IMG/VR virus record: IMGVR_UViG_3300020045_003931
Coordinates: 1 to 37,923 of that record
Reading direction: 5' to 3' (one strand)
Length of the DNA stretch: 37,923 bases
Origin: a virus
Lineage: Duplodnaviria; Caudoviricetes
How positions within the stretch are numbered: the stretch's first letter is position 1; each line of letters opens with the position of its first letter. Shown one piece after another: positions 7,794-15,513 of the stretch. The position numbers and the translations under genes are program-made. A model generated the notes under the pieces. It had not been told where the DNA came from and made no database searches. It saw nothing but the letters and a program-made list of their open reading frames with translations.

Positions 7794-8050
7794 GTCTTTT
7801 CTATCATCACCACAACGCCCATTCCTGAGCGGTATTCATAATCATCGCTAAACCTTTCTCGCCATGCGTCAAGCTCATCACGCAATGCCGCGTTTTCATT
7901 TTGCAGTGCTGCGTTATGTTCCATCCGCATGTACTTAACAGATAAGGTCATCCCTGCGAATTGCTTGGAATAATGTAGGCAATCTGATGAAACAACCGCC
8001 TTGCAAACCGGGCAGTAATACCCAGCTTTAATGCAAACATCGGCCTTCAT
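7790..8050 (-). CDS. Hypothetical protein
   Basis: Coupled ORF with CxxC and a coiled-coil segment. Confidence 0.6.
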   Translation of the reverse strand: MKADVCIKAGYYCPVCKAVVSSDCLHYSKQFAGMTLSVKYMRMEHNAALQNENAALRDELDAWRERFSDDYEYRSGMGVVVMIEKT

Positions 8051-8493
8051 GACTTCTCCCTCAGCACCATTTCGTCAAGCCTAGTCTGGGCCGGATCTTC
8101 TTCAGGCTTCATGCACTCCCCGCATTCGTGGTCGCTGCATAAGCAATCGCCAACCTGAACCATCCGCACATCTTTAGGTAACCGCATGCCCCAAAGGCGG
8201 TTCTGTGCCAAATCAGCATCTTCATCCGTTGCTTTGCGCATACCGGTCGCCACGTCTTCCGGCAGCGGCTTGGTTACGTCACCGCTTAGAACCCGGTTCA
8301 ACGTGTGCCTTGCGCGGCTTTGCGCCCACATCACGAATTCGTAAGGCGATCTCCGCACGTCAGGGTCAAAATCCCGCCACTCTGCTGTGGCGATGTTCTC
8401 CAGTTCTTCGCAAAGTGCATCCACCTGCCGCTTGAGTTCTTCAATTTCCTCGTCTCGTGGTTTCAGCATTTCTTCAACCAGTTTCGGGTTCAT
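8047..8493 (-). CDS. Hypothetical protein
   Basis: Coupled ORF with a coiled-coil N-terminus. Confidence 0.65.
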   Translation of the reverse strand: MNPKLVEEMLKPRDEEIEELKRQVDALCEELENIATAEWRDFDPDVRRSPYEFVMWAQSRARHTLNRVLSGDVTKPLPEDVATGMRKATDEDADLAQNRLWGMRLPKDVRMVQVGDCLCSDHECGECMKPEEDPAQTRLDEMVLREKS

Positions 8494-8756
8494 ATCGCCC
8501 CCATCGGAGAGTAGTTGCGGTAAATTTTTACTTCATCCAAACAGCCTACACATGGGCCTACCGTTACCGTCGCCGCGTGTTTGCAAGATGAGCATTCCCC
8601 CGTGTCTTCCTCTCCTCCAATTAGAAATTCCATTGCCGCACATCCTTCGTGCCATAGGTCAAGATCCACGACCATCACCGCGCCGTCGTCGCCTTCCATT
8701 TCCTCACTGTTGTGGAATAGCTTGGCCAGCGAGTTAAGTGCTTCGTCTTTGTCCAT
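8490..8756 (-). CDS. Hypothetical protein
   Basis: RBS AAAGGA; Cys-rich C-terminus. Confidence 0.65.
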   Translation of the reverse strand: MDKDEALNSLAKLFHNSEEMEGDDGAVMVVDLDLWHEGCAAMEFLIGGEEDTGECSSCKHAATVTVGPCVGCLDEVKIYRNYSPMGAI

Positions 8757-8781
8757 TTCCGTTCCTTTCGTTATCGTTAAT

Positions 8782-8849
8782 GCATAACACGTCGCTCAAC
8801 ACGGACGCAGGCGATAAAGCCGCCTGCGCCGGTTAGCTAGGCGTTGGGC
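8782..8849 (+). repeat. attC site (68 bp)
   Basis: GCATAAC-ACGTC-GCTCAAC...GGACGCAGGCG-loop-CGCCTGCGCC-GGTTAGC-TAGGC-GTTGGGC. Confidence 0.9.
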
Positions 8850-9181
8850 GTCTTGTCCGCGAAGTCTTCACGCGGATAGAACCAGTCGTCCTTGATGATG
8901 TGCCCAATCGCTTCAATTCCGCCGCGGTCACTGCGCACCCGGATAGTTTTTCCTGTGAGCTTATCCCAATCGGTCACTCCGGCAACCTCCATCACGCGCC
9001 AAATGAAGTGCCCGGCAACGCTCTTTAGTTCGTGGTATGCGAAGCTCTCCGGAAGGTACAGCGTGTAGCCGCCGAAACCTTGGCCGCTGCCGCCGTAGTC
9101 AAGCATCAACCACGCACTCAACAGTCCATGGTCATCGCTGGTGATGCGGGCGCTTTCAATCACTGCGTTTTTTGTTTCCAT
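8837..9181 (-). CDS. Conserved phage hypothetical protein
   Basis: [33 protein letters not shown] motif; ends TPNA inside the attC. Confidence 0.8.
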   Translation of the reverse strand: METKNAVIESARITSDDHGLLSAWLMLDYGGSGQGFGGYTLYLPESFAYHELKSVAGHFIWRVMEVAGVTDWDKLTGKTIRVRSDRGGIEAIGHIIKDDWFYPREDFADKTPNA

Positions 9182-9204
9182 TTTCTACGCTAGCAGGTCT
9201 TGTT

Positions 9205-9855
9205 TTATGGTGTGTTGATGTAGTCATATGCCGTAGGCTCCGGTCTTGTTATTGCCATAAGTTTCGCAATAGTTGATTCAATCTCGCCGACGAAAACCTT
9301 CACCGAGTTTTCGTATTCAATTACAAGGTCATCATTGCGCAGCAGTCGAACGATAAACAGCCGCATATCCTCTGGCATTCTCGGGTCGTAGCTGGCAAAG
9401 TCGCACCACTTTCGGCCAGTGCATGCCATCTGCCAAATCATTTGTGGAACGTAATCAGGCGGCGGCTTTCCGGCTACCAGATAGTTGATGTGCGTTTTCG
9501 TATTCGGACACTTTATCTCCACCAATCCATCATCATCAATCAGTCCATCAGGGGATGCGCCAGACCATTTAATGGTCGGGTGTTTGATAAATCCAACCTC
9601 TTCAACCATACAATTTGTTTTCAGTTCGTACGCAGCGCGTGCCATTGGCTCGTTCAGCGTTCCCCATTCCATGGCCGCATTGGTGAACCCGTTTTCGATC
9701 ACCCCGGTGAGGCGTTGCGCTACCAGTTCAGCGCGGTAGTTCGCTCGCGTAGCCGCTTCTCCGCTCTTGATCGTCGCCAGAACATCCCTCATCCTGGATG
9801 CGGTAACGTGTCCGAGCCGGTCAATCTTCCATGCGTCTGTTCCCTGGTCGTTCAT
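9205..9855 (-). CDS. YqaJ/lambda-exonuclease-family recombinase exonuclease
   Basis: QGTDAW..RLGHVTAS, WGTLNEP, GASPDGL, VEIKCP, Q..WQM. Confidence 0.92.
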   Translation of the reverse strand: MNDQGTDAWKIDRLGHVTASRMRDVLATIKSGEAATRANYRAELVAQRLTGVIENGFTNAAMEWGTLNEPMARAAYELKTNCMVEEVGFIKHPTIKWSGASPDGLIDDDGLVEIKCPNTKTHINYLVAGKPPPDYVPQMIWQMACTGRKWCDFASYDPRMPEDMRLFIVRLLRNDDLVIEYENSVKVFVGEIESTIAKLMAITRPEPTAYDYINTP

Positions 9856-10478
9856 TTCTTCGCCACCAGGATGGCTTTTAGATCGGCCGTTTTCTTTGAG
9901 ATAATCCGGAACGCAGCAGGATCGGGCCATTCCATCGCGGCCTTTTTCGCGGCCAGGTAGGCAGACTGTAGCGCTTCAATCGTCTCGGCAGATTCCAGCG
10001 CAACGATATGTGTATCGAGTGGGAATTCGCCCTTTTCCGTATGCCTGGATTCCTCATCTTCGCCGGTTTCAATTTCGAACAACTTGAGCACCGCGTACTT
10101 TTTTGCGTAGCTGATCGCCTTCCCCGGGGCCTTGTCCTGATTATCCATCGCGTGAGCTTCCATCCGAATAATCAGATCGTCCTTGGGGTCGTCCGCATTC
10201 ACAAACCGGAAATCATAGGTCGCCTCGTATCGAATCATGTTCGACGGAGCGCCGTCTTTTCCAAGCGGGATGGCAATGTTTGACGAAATCAGGGACGGGA
10301 TGCAGATAATTCCCTGCTCTACGAGGTGATGCCTGATAACGCCTGTTACTTCATCGTGCGTGACAGCCTTATACGATCCGCCGCCCGTGGATACCGCCTT
10401 ATTCTTCTGTATGTAATCGACCTGCTTGCGTACCTCGTTGATGCGCTGAAACAGGTTCTTTGCCTTTGATTCGGACAT
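9852..10478 (-). CDS. ERF-family single-strand annealing protein
   Basis: DNQDKAPGKAISYAKKYAVLKLFEIETGED motif; paired with the exonuclease. Confidence 0.85.
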   Translation of the reverse strand: MSESKAKNLFQRINEVRKQVDYIQKNKAVSTGGGSYKAVTHDEVTGVIRHHLVEQGIICIPSLISSNIAIPLGKDGAPSNMIRYEATYDFRFVNADDPKDDLIIRMEAHAMDNQDKAPGKAISYAKKYAVLKLFEIETGEDEESRHTEKGEFPLDTHIVALESAETIEALQSAYLAAKKAAMEWPDPAAFRIISKKTADLKAILVAKK

Positions 10479-10735
10479 TGCCCCCCCTTGACTATTGATT
10501 GTGGTCATCTCAAAGCCTCCCCCTTCCCATTACGGGAAAAGAGAGGGTAGGTCATCCCCGATAAACGGGAGTCGCATGCTTGTTTCCAAGTCCCCGGACG
10601 TGCGACTAAAGCCAGTCCCGCCGATTGTGAGAGGTAGTTGCCTCTGTGCCTTGCGGCCTACGGCGTACCCTTTTATTCAGCGCTGCCGGGTATGGGCACT
10701 TGATCCGCTCGGAGTGCGGACGGATGCCAAAGAAA

Positions 10736-10841
10736 AACGCCCAAATATGCTTTGCAGGGCGGGCCTTTGGCGAAGGCAGTCGGCGCTTGCTAGAGGACAG
10801 CATTCCAACCACTTCCGCCCTGCAAAATCTACTTGGGCGTT
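10736..10841 (-). ncRNA. Second C4/CI-like antisense RNA candidate upstream of the recombination genes
   Basis: Closing stem AACGCCCAA...TTTGCAGGGCGG / CCGCCCTGCAAA...TTGGGCGTT. Internal TCCTCTAG and GCCAAA are complementary to flanking CTAGAGGA and TTTGGC. Confidence 0.6.
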
Positions 10842-11089
10842 CATGTTGCTTCCTCTAGTTTCGCGCCGGTTGCCAAACCGACGGAATAAGTTTGCCACTC
10901 TAATACTCCTAAGTCAAGAAAAAATGATTACAGCGCAATCGCCGACGATGTCAGAAGGAAAATCACGATAGAAGCAATCGATACGAATACCGCAACGTCG
11001 CCGGGAACATTGGTACTGTCGCACCACGGGATATTGCGCAGGTAATTGGGCTGGATTCGGTGAAAGTGGCGGTCGTAGTGGCTCATGGA

Positions 11090-11398
11090 TCAGTCCTCCA
11101 GATGACGTTGAATGCGATTGACCAGCGATTGCAGATCAACCTGTGCGTGTAGCGCCTCCGTTAGGGACGGATGTGTGCTCAGCACTGCGGTAATCCTCGG
11201 CGCGAGCAGGACGACCTGCTTCATCAAAACTTCCATCTGCTCGTAGTCTTCGACAATGATCGATGGGCGGCGCTGGCGGTACTCGTCGCAGTTGTCGGCC
11301 ATGTATGCCTCGCGCTCATGGGCCCTGCGATTCCGCGCGGCCAACAGTTCCGGCTCGTCTCCGTGCATGCCTTCGTACATGGCTCTCTCCTTGTTCAT
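11090..11398 (-). CDS. Hypothetical protein
   Basis: First sizeable ORF of the leftward operon. Confidence 0.6.
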   Translation of the reverse strand: MNKERAMYEGMHGDEPELLAARNRRAHEREAYMADNCDEYRQRRPSIIVEDYEQMEVLMKQVVLLAPRITAVLSTHPSLTEALHAQVDLQSLVNRIQRHLED

Positions 11399-11622
11399 CC
11401 CGGGCTATTCATCCTGCCGCCCGGGGAAGGCAGGACGGCTTACCCGTCAGCATCCCGGTGGCTCGGGCGGCGCAATCACCAGAGAAGCGGTCTGGCGAAT
11501 TTGGTGGGTTACTTTGTTTCCCTGTCGTTTCCCTGGTGAGCCCATGCCTTGACATGCGCAGGTACGGGGGCGTCTAGGGGCACGTTTCGCCCGTTGATCG
11601 GTACTGCAAATTCCTACTGATC

Positions 11623-11736
11623 TGGTGATGCTTTAGTAAGCGGAGGCCAAATAAAACGCCCGGTGGCCAACCGATCCCTCTTGTATCCGGGCGGTTCGGT
11701 GCTGCCGAACCCCTCTAATTTGGTGATGCTTTAGTA
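11623..11736. repeat. 16-bp direct repeat flanking hairpins in the leftward leader
   Basis: TGGTGATGCTTTAGTA at 11623-11638 and 11721-11736. Confidence 0.8.
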
Positions 11737-11843
11737 CGCCTACCGGGTGATTCAGCTAGCGCGGCGTGTCGGCGGTGCCATTGACGCATTGATAACTGAC
11801 GGTTCCCATCGGCTTGCGGCATTCACTTGTTGCTGCAAGTGAC

Positions 11844-11907
11844 CAAACTATAAACAAAATATTTTGCTAATGCAATAGACAAAACAAAATATTTTGTTTA
11901 TAGTTTG
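11844..11907. promoter_or_regulatory. Back-to-back divergent early promoters with palindromic operators
   Basis: Perfect 23-bp inverted repeat (11844-11866 / 11885-11907). Right promoter TAGACA-17-TATAGT, left promoter TTGCAT-17-TATAGT, with CAAAATATTTTG in each spacer. Confidence 0.85.
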
Positions 11908-11928
11908 CCCATCGAACAAGGGGGCACC

Positions 11929-12123
11929 ATGAACATAGAACAACTGGTTAAACGATACGGCGACGACAACGTAGCCATTGGGCGGGAGATTTGCTACACG
12001 CCGCAATCAATCCGCAACTGGCGCAGGAAAGGCAAAATCCCGATGGTTGCGCAAAGAACCATTGAGGCGATTACTGGCGGGGCGCTGAAGGCTGACAAGA
12101 AACCTAAGAGGGTGCGGGCATGA
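11929..12123 (+). CDS. Cro-like HTH regulator
   Basis: AIGREICYTPQSIRNWRRKGKIP...IEAITGGALKAD; first gene after the rightward promoter. Confidence 0.8.
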   Translation: MNIEQLVKRYGDDNVAIGREICYTPQSIRNWRRKGKIPMVAQRTIEAITGGALKADKKPKRVRA

Positions 12124-12206
12124 CCTGGCTAGCGAAGGTCTGGATTGCCTGTGTATTTGGTTGCGCGGACGCTCCCTCTCGACTGACGGGTTAAAGGGCA
12201 ATAGCT

Positions 12207-12812
12207 ATGGCTGATGAATACATGATTCGCACGGTGACGGACTTCGCCGGGATACCAGAGGACAAACTGCTCGAATGCCTGAGTGACTTTATGCAGTTCC
12301 TGGCGATGGTTCGCCACTCGGCGAAGTTTGACCAAGAAATGCAAATGGCCTTTGAACTGCCGGAAGGCTCGCTGAATCTCGACACTGACGTTTTCCATTG
12401 GATAGACGACGGACGCCGCGAATGCTCGGCGCTGGATTTTGTAGCGAAGGAAACCGGCGAGACGGTGGGGCGGATGGACTTGCCCTCCAACGCACGAGTT
12501 CAGGCCGACGCCGAGAGCTTGGCCGGCGACCGCGCTGCGGAAGACGCGAGAGACATTGCGGAGGCCCATGAGCGGAAAACCATCACGGCAGTCGAACGTG
12601 TTCGAGAACTTGACGCCGGGATCGAACTGCTGCGCGAGGCCGTCATCAGTCGGCGCGAATGCCACAAGGCGTACAGCGAAATTACAGGCACCATCGCGGG
12701 ACGAGTCCCGACGCGAGAGGAACGAGATAAAGAGGTAGCGCTTCGTTCGGCGATTGGGATGGCTGAACGCGCGGTCATGGATGCGGCGGAATATCTGACG
12801 CCCAACGACTGA
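12207..12812 (+). CDS. Cassette hypothetical protein (probable fusion of two cassettes)
   Basis: Internal half-attC at 12482-12510 is read as LPSNARVQAD; ends TPND inside the attC. Confidence 0.7.
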   Translation: MADEYMIRTVTDFAGIPEDKLLECLSDFMQFLAMVRHSAKFDQEMQMAFELPEGSLNLDTDVFHWIDDGRRECSALDFVAKETGETVGRMDLPSNARVQADAESLAGDRAAEDARDIAEAHERKTITAVERVRELDAGIELLREAVISRRECHKAYSEITGTIAGRVPTREERDKEVALRSAIGMAERAVMDAAEYLTPND

Positions 12813-12866
12813 ATTGAGGCGACTGCGCGGCTTCTTGCGCAGTTCGCCTCGAATGATGGGTTCGGC
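12800..12866 (-). repeat. attC site (67 bp)
   Basis: Minus strand: GCCGAAC-CCATC-ATTCGAGG...CCTCAAT-TCAGTC-GTTGGGC. Confidence 0.9.
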
Positions 12867-12892
12867 GGCAACCTGTAAGCATTACTTACCAG

Positions 12893-13210
12893 TTGGATGA
12901 ATTGAAAATGCCAATTGAACCACACGAAGAAACAGAAGCAATCGACAGGCTGTTCTTGGAGTTGTCGCAATTCACAAAGGCAAAGACCAAGCGCGATTTG
13001 CAGCTTGACGCGCTAATCATGGCCGTGGAGCGCAAGTTCCCCGGAGAGACGCGCTTTGAAACGGCTCTGCGGTACATACGGGAAGCAGAGTCTACAAGCT
13101 CTGTGGCAACGGCAGCAGTGACGCCCAACGTTGAAGTTCAGGGGCGTGCCGGCATTATCGGCACGTCCGCTGGAACGACGGGTTCGACCACACGGGAGCC
13201 AACAGAGTGA
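12893..13210 (+). CDS. Cassette hypothetical protein
   Basis: AIDRLFLELSQFTKAKT...FPGETRFETALRYI; reads through the whole attC 13123-13188. Confidence 0.7.
   Translation: MDELKMPIEPHEETEAIDRLFLELSQFTKAKTKRDLQLDALIMAVERKFPGETRFETALRYIREAESTSSVATAAVTPNVEVQGRAGIIGTSAGTTGSTTREPTE
13123..13188 (-). repeat. attC site (66 bp)
   Basis: Minus strand: GTCGAAC-CCGTC-GTTCCAGC...CCTGAAC-TTCAAC-GTTGGGC. Confidence 0.9.
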
Positions 13211-13716
13211 GCCTGAGCGGACACCAAAGCGCGGCGATGAAAAACGACGAGTGGCTGACGCCGCCCGAGATCCTGCGCACCCTCGGGGCGTTCGATCTTG
13301 ACCCGTGTGCGCCAATAGTCAGGCCGTGGGAGACGGCGGCCCAGCACTACACGGCGCAAGACGACGGGCTGGCCCTGCCTTGGTTTGGGCGCGTTTGGTG
13401 CAACCCGCCATTCGGGCGTGAGGCAGTGAAGTGGCTGCGGAAGATGCGCGACCACGGAAACGGGGTGGCCTTGATCCCGGCGCGCACCGAGACGGCGATG
13501 TTTTACGAAACAGTGTGGGGAGCGGCAGACGGCGTGCTGTTCCTCAAAGGGCGCCCGCACTTCCACTACGTTTGCGGACGGCGGGCGGATTTCAACAGCG
13601 GCGCACCCATTGCCTTGGTGGCCTACGGAAGCGACAACCTGGAAGCACTCAGGCATAGCGGCCTCGGGTTCGTGGTAGTGGGGTCGAACGCCGGAATTCA
13701 CCGCGCGGCCGAATGA
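13207..13716 (+). CDS. Phage DNA N6-adenine methyltransferase (phage Dam family) cassette
   Basis: DEWLTPP, FDLDPCA, catalytic VWCNPPF, LIPARTET. Confidence 0.9.
   Translation: MSLSGHQSAAMKNDEWLTPPEILRTLGAFDLDPCAPIVRPWETAAQHYTAQDDGLALPWFGRVWCNPPFGREAVKWLRKMRDHGNGVALIPARTETAMFYETVWGAADGVLFLKGRPHFHYVCGRRADFNSGAPIALVAYGSDNLEALRHSGLGFVVVGSNAGIHRAAE
13683..13713 (-). repeat. Half attC (L'-R' arm only)
   Basis: 27 nt identical (inverted) to 6305-6331; the other arm is absent. Confidence 0.8.
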
Positions 13717-13796
13717 ACGAAGGCTACCTGCTCGACGTGAGCGACCGGATGTACTGGGACAACGTGTGCGCGAGCCTGAGCCAAAGTGATTGAAGG

Positions 13797-13860
13797 GGCT
13801 AACGCATGAAATCAGGGGCAGGCCGCTTTTGGCCTGTCCCGCTGGATTGACGGGTTAGGG
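13797..13860 (-). repeat. attC site (64 bp)
   Basis: Plus strand: GGCTAAC-GCATGA-AATCAGG-GGCAGGCC...GGCCTGTCCC-GCTGGATT-GACGG-GTTAGGG. Confidence 0.88.
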
Positions 13861-13868
13861 GGAGACAA

Positions 13869-14123
13869 ATGAAAGAGATTGTTGGCGCGAAAATCGGGAC
13901 ACTGATTACTAACAACCGGAGAACCATTTCCGAGGCGGTGGAGCGAAACGCGGTCACGGAATTCCTTGACCGCAAACACATGCAGTTTATGGCCGCGATG
14001 GACTTGGGGCGAAATTGGGAACTGATGGCGAGCGGGCCGACTTTGTTTTGCATAGATGACAACGGGAAACCGCAGCCCCATAACGTAGAGCTAACCGGCG
14101 CTGCGCGCCACGGACAGGAGTAG
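13869..14123 (+). CDS. Cassette hypothetical protein
   Basis: RBS GGGGGAG overlaps the core site; ends HNVELTGAARHGQE inside the next attC. Confidence 0.7.
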   Translation: MKEIVGAKIGTLITNNRRTISEAVERNAVTEFLDRKHMQFMAAMDLGRNWELMASGPTLFCIDDNGKPQPHNVELTGAARHGQE

Positions 14124-14200
14124 ATGCGATGACGACCGAGACACCACAAACGACAGCGACTCCCGCTGGCGCAGCGTCCGAGTTGAGCGCAGGGTTAGAT
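14078..14200 (-). repeat. attC site (123 bp) with stop codon, RBS and start codon in its loop
   Basis: Plus strand: CCATAAC-GTAGA-GCTAACC-GGCGCTGCGC...GCGCAGCGTCCG-AGTTGAGC-GCAGG-GTTAGAT. Confidence 0.88.
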
Positions 14201-14428
14201 GGTCTTGCGAAATCGGCTGGATTCAAGCGGACGAAAATGCACAAATCTCTTCGACGGTTTGCTGAGCTAGTTGCAGCCGCAGAACGCGAGGCGTGCGCCA
14301 AGGTTTGCGATAAGCGGGTGATGTACCCGGATGGATGCGATGTTGCAAAAACGTGCGCCATTGAGATACGTGAGCGCTCTAACGCAAAGGTAACCGGCGC
14401 TCAACAGCGCGCACCGGAAGCCGAGTAA
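14129..14428 (+). CDS. Cassette hypothetical protein
   Basis: LRRFAELVAAAEREACAKVC...CAIEIRER motif common in phages; starts and ends inside attC loops. Confidence 0.75.
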   Translation: MTTETPQTTATPAGAASELSAGLDGLAKSAGFKRTKMHKSLRRFAELVAAAEREACAKVCDKRVMYPDGCDVAKTCAIEIRERSNAKVTGAQQRAPEAE

Positions 14429-14479
14429 ACCACTGCGGACGCGCGCTGTTGAGCGTCCGCGTTCACCGCCGGGTTAGCC
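14377..14479 (-). repeat. attC site (103 bp)
   Basis: Plus strand: CTCTAAC...GGTAACC-GGCGCTCAACAGCGCG...CGCGCTGTTGAGCGTCC-GCGTTCACC-GCCGG-GTTAGCC. Confidence 0.9.
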
Positions 14480-14499
14480 GGCAGATCGGAGAGGGCGCA

Positions 14500-14850
14500 A
14501 TGGACAGGGACGACGACCTGCACAATTACCTCAGAACGCAGTTCAGCGACTTCGAATGGGCAAAGGCCTTCATGTGGCGATGGGTGAATGAGATGGACCA
14601 AGAACTGCCGGGATTTGGGTTGATTAGCTCGCGGTCTTTGGCTGCGCATTGCAGCGCCGTACTTGAGAACGCGCAGGTCCAGATGATTGGCTCGACCACG
14701 AACTATATGGCGAGCAAATACGGGAGCGAACTGTACTGGGCCGCGTGGGGCGACCCGCCGGCTAACGTAGAGTTCAGCGGGACTCCGGCGGCATCATCGC
14801 CGGAGGCTCCGCTGGAACGCCGGGTTGGGCCTAGCGCACAAGAGGAATGA
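14500..14850 (+). CDS. Cassette hypothetical protein
   Basis: RBS GGAGAGGG; reads through attC 14760-14830. Confidence 0.7.
   Translation: MDRDDDLHNYLRTQFSDFEWAKAFMWRWVNEMDQELPGFGLISSRSLAAHCSAVLENAQVQMIGSTTNYMASKYGSELYWAAWGDPPANVEFSGTPAASSPEAPLERRVGPSAQEE
14760..14830 (-). repeat. attC site (71 bp)
   Basis: Plus strand: GGCTAAC-GTAGA-GTTCAGC-GGGACTCCGGCG...CGCCGGAGGCTCC-GCTGGAAC-GCCGG-GTTGGGC. Confidence 0.9.
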
Positions 14851-14853
14851 GAA

Positions 14854-15111
14854 ATGGACAAAGAAATAGCGGCGTGGCGTGAGCGGTTCCCTCGGTACGA
14901 ATACCGACCGCAGGACGAATGTGTGGCGCTGAAGTTTGAATGCGCATACGGATGCCACTGCGACCTTGACCCCGGCATGACGCCTGACAAGTGCGTGCTT
15001 GACGAGGGGCGCTCATTTGATTGCACGAAGGCTCAGCAACTACTCCGCGATGGGAAGGGGCGCAACGATTGCGACGATTGGAAGCCAATTGTCGAGAGGC
15101 CCAACGTGTGA
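14854..15111 (+). CDS. Cassette Cys-rich hypothetical protein
   Basis: YGCHCDL...CVLD...C...CDDW; ends RPNV. Confidence 0.7.
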   Translation: MDKEIAAWRERFPRYEYRPQDECVALKFECAYGCHCDLDPGMTPDKCVLDEGRSFDCTKAQQLLRDGKGRNDCDDWKPIVERPNV

Positions 15112-15156
15112 CTTCAGGGGCGCCGGAACGGCGTCCCTTGCAAGGATGGGTTCGGC
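15099..15156 (-). repeat. attC site (58 bp)
   Basis: Plus strand: GCCCAAC-GTGTGA-CTTCAGG-GGCGCC...GGCGTCC-CTTGCAAG-GATGG-GTTCGGC. Confidence 0.82.
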
Positions 15157-15192
15157 GTCTTGCCGGAGCCGACTTTTGAAGGGAACGAGGAC

Positions 15193-15423
15193 ATGAAACT
15201 GTTTGTGTGGTGCGATCCGTATCAAGTGACTTACGGCTCCGCGATGGTGTTTGCTGTCGCGGCGACCGAGACTGCGGCCAAGAAGCAAGCTGCAAAAGGA
15301 CTGGCGTACAAGTACGGGAAATATAGGCAAGACGGAAGCATGGCTGATTTGGCTGGCAGACTCGGGAAGCCTGACCGCGTTGTCGACCTGCCGTGCGCCG
15401 AGTGGCATGAGTGGTCGGAATGA
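15193..15423 (+). CDS. Cassette hypothetical protein
   Basis: RBS GAGG; MKLFVW...FAVAATETAAKK. Confidence 0.7.
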   Translation: MKLFVWCDPYQVTYGSAMVFAVAATETAAKKQAAKGLAYKYGKYRQDGSMADLAGRLGKPDRVVDLPCAEWHEWSE

Positions 15424-15427
15424 AGAC

Positions 15428-15497
15428 GCCGAACGCCGAGTGAAGGGGCGATGCGCGGCCTTATCGCGCAGCGTCCCGCTTGCATGCCGGGTTATGT
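15428..15497 (-). repeat. attC site (70 bp)
   Basis: Plus strand: GCCGAAC...GTGAAGG-GGCGATGCGCG...CGCGCAGCGTCC-CGCTTGCAT-GCCGG-GTTATGT. Confidence 0.82.
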
Positions 15498-15513
15498 TTC
15501 ACGAAGGAAGAGA

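Larger units (their letters stand above)
6015..8849 (+). mobile_element. Left integron-like gene-cassette array (4 cassettes; cargo genes on - strand)
   Basis: attC sites at 6277-6335, 6567-6656 and 8782-8849, a collapsed site at 6970-6988, and complementary cassette ends. Confidence 0.8.

Noticed and set aside
6985-7828. Long + strand ORFs (257 and 259 aa) and similar antisense ORFs across the window
   Set aside because: These are shadow frames of GC-rich coding sequence. The opposite strand has coupled ORFs with RBSs and recognisable motifs.
11600-11830. tRNA genes suggested by CACCA ends on the minus strand
   Set aside because: No T-loop (GTTCRA) or D-loop at the correct spacing and no cloverleaf could be built.
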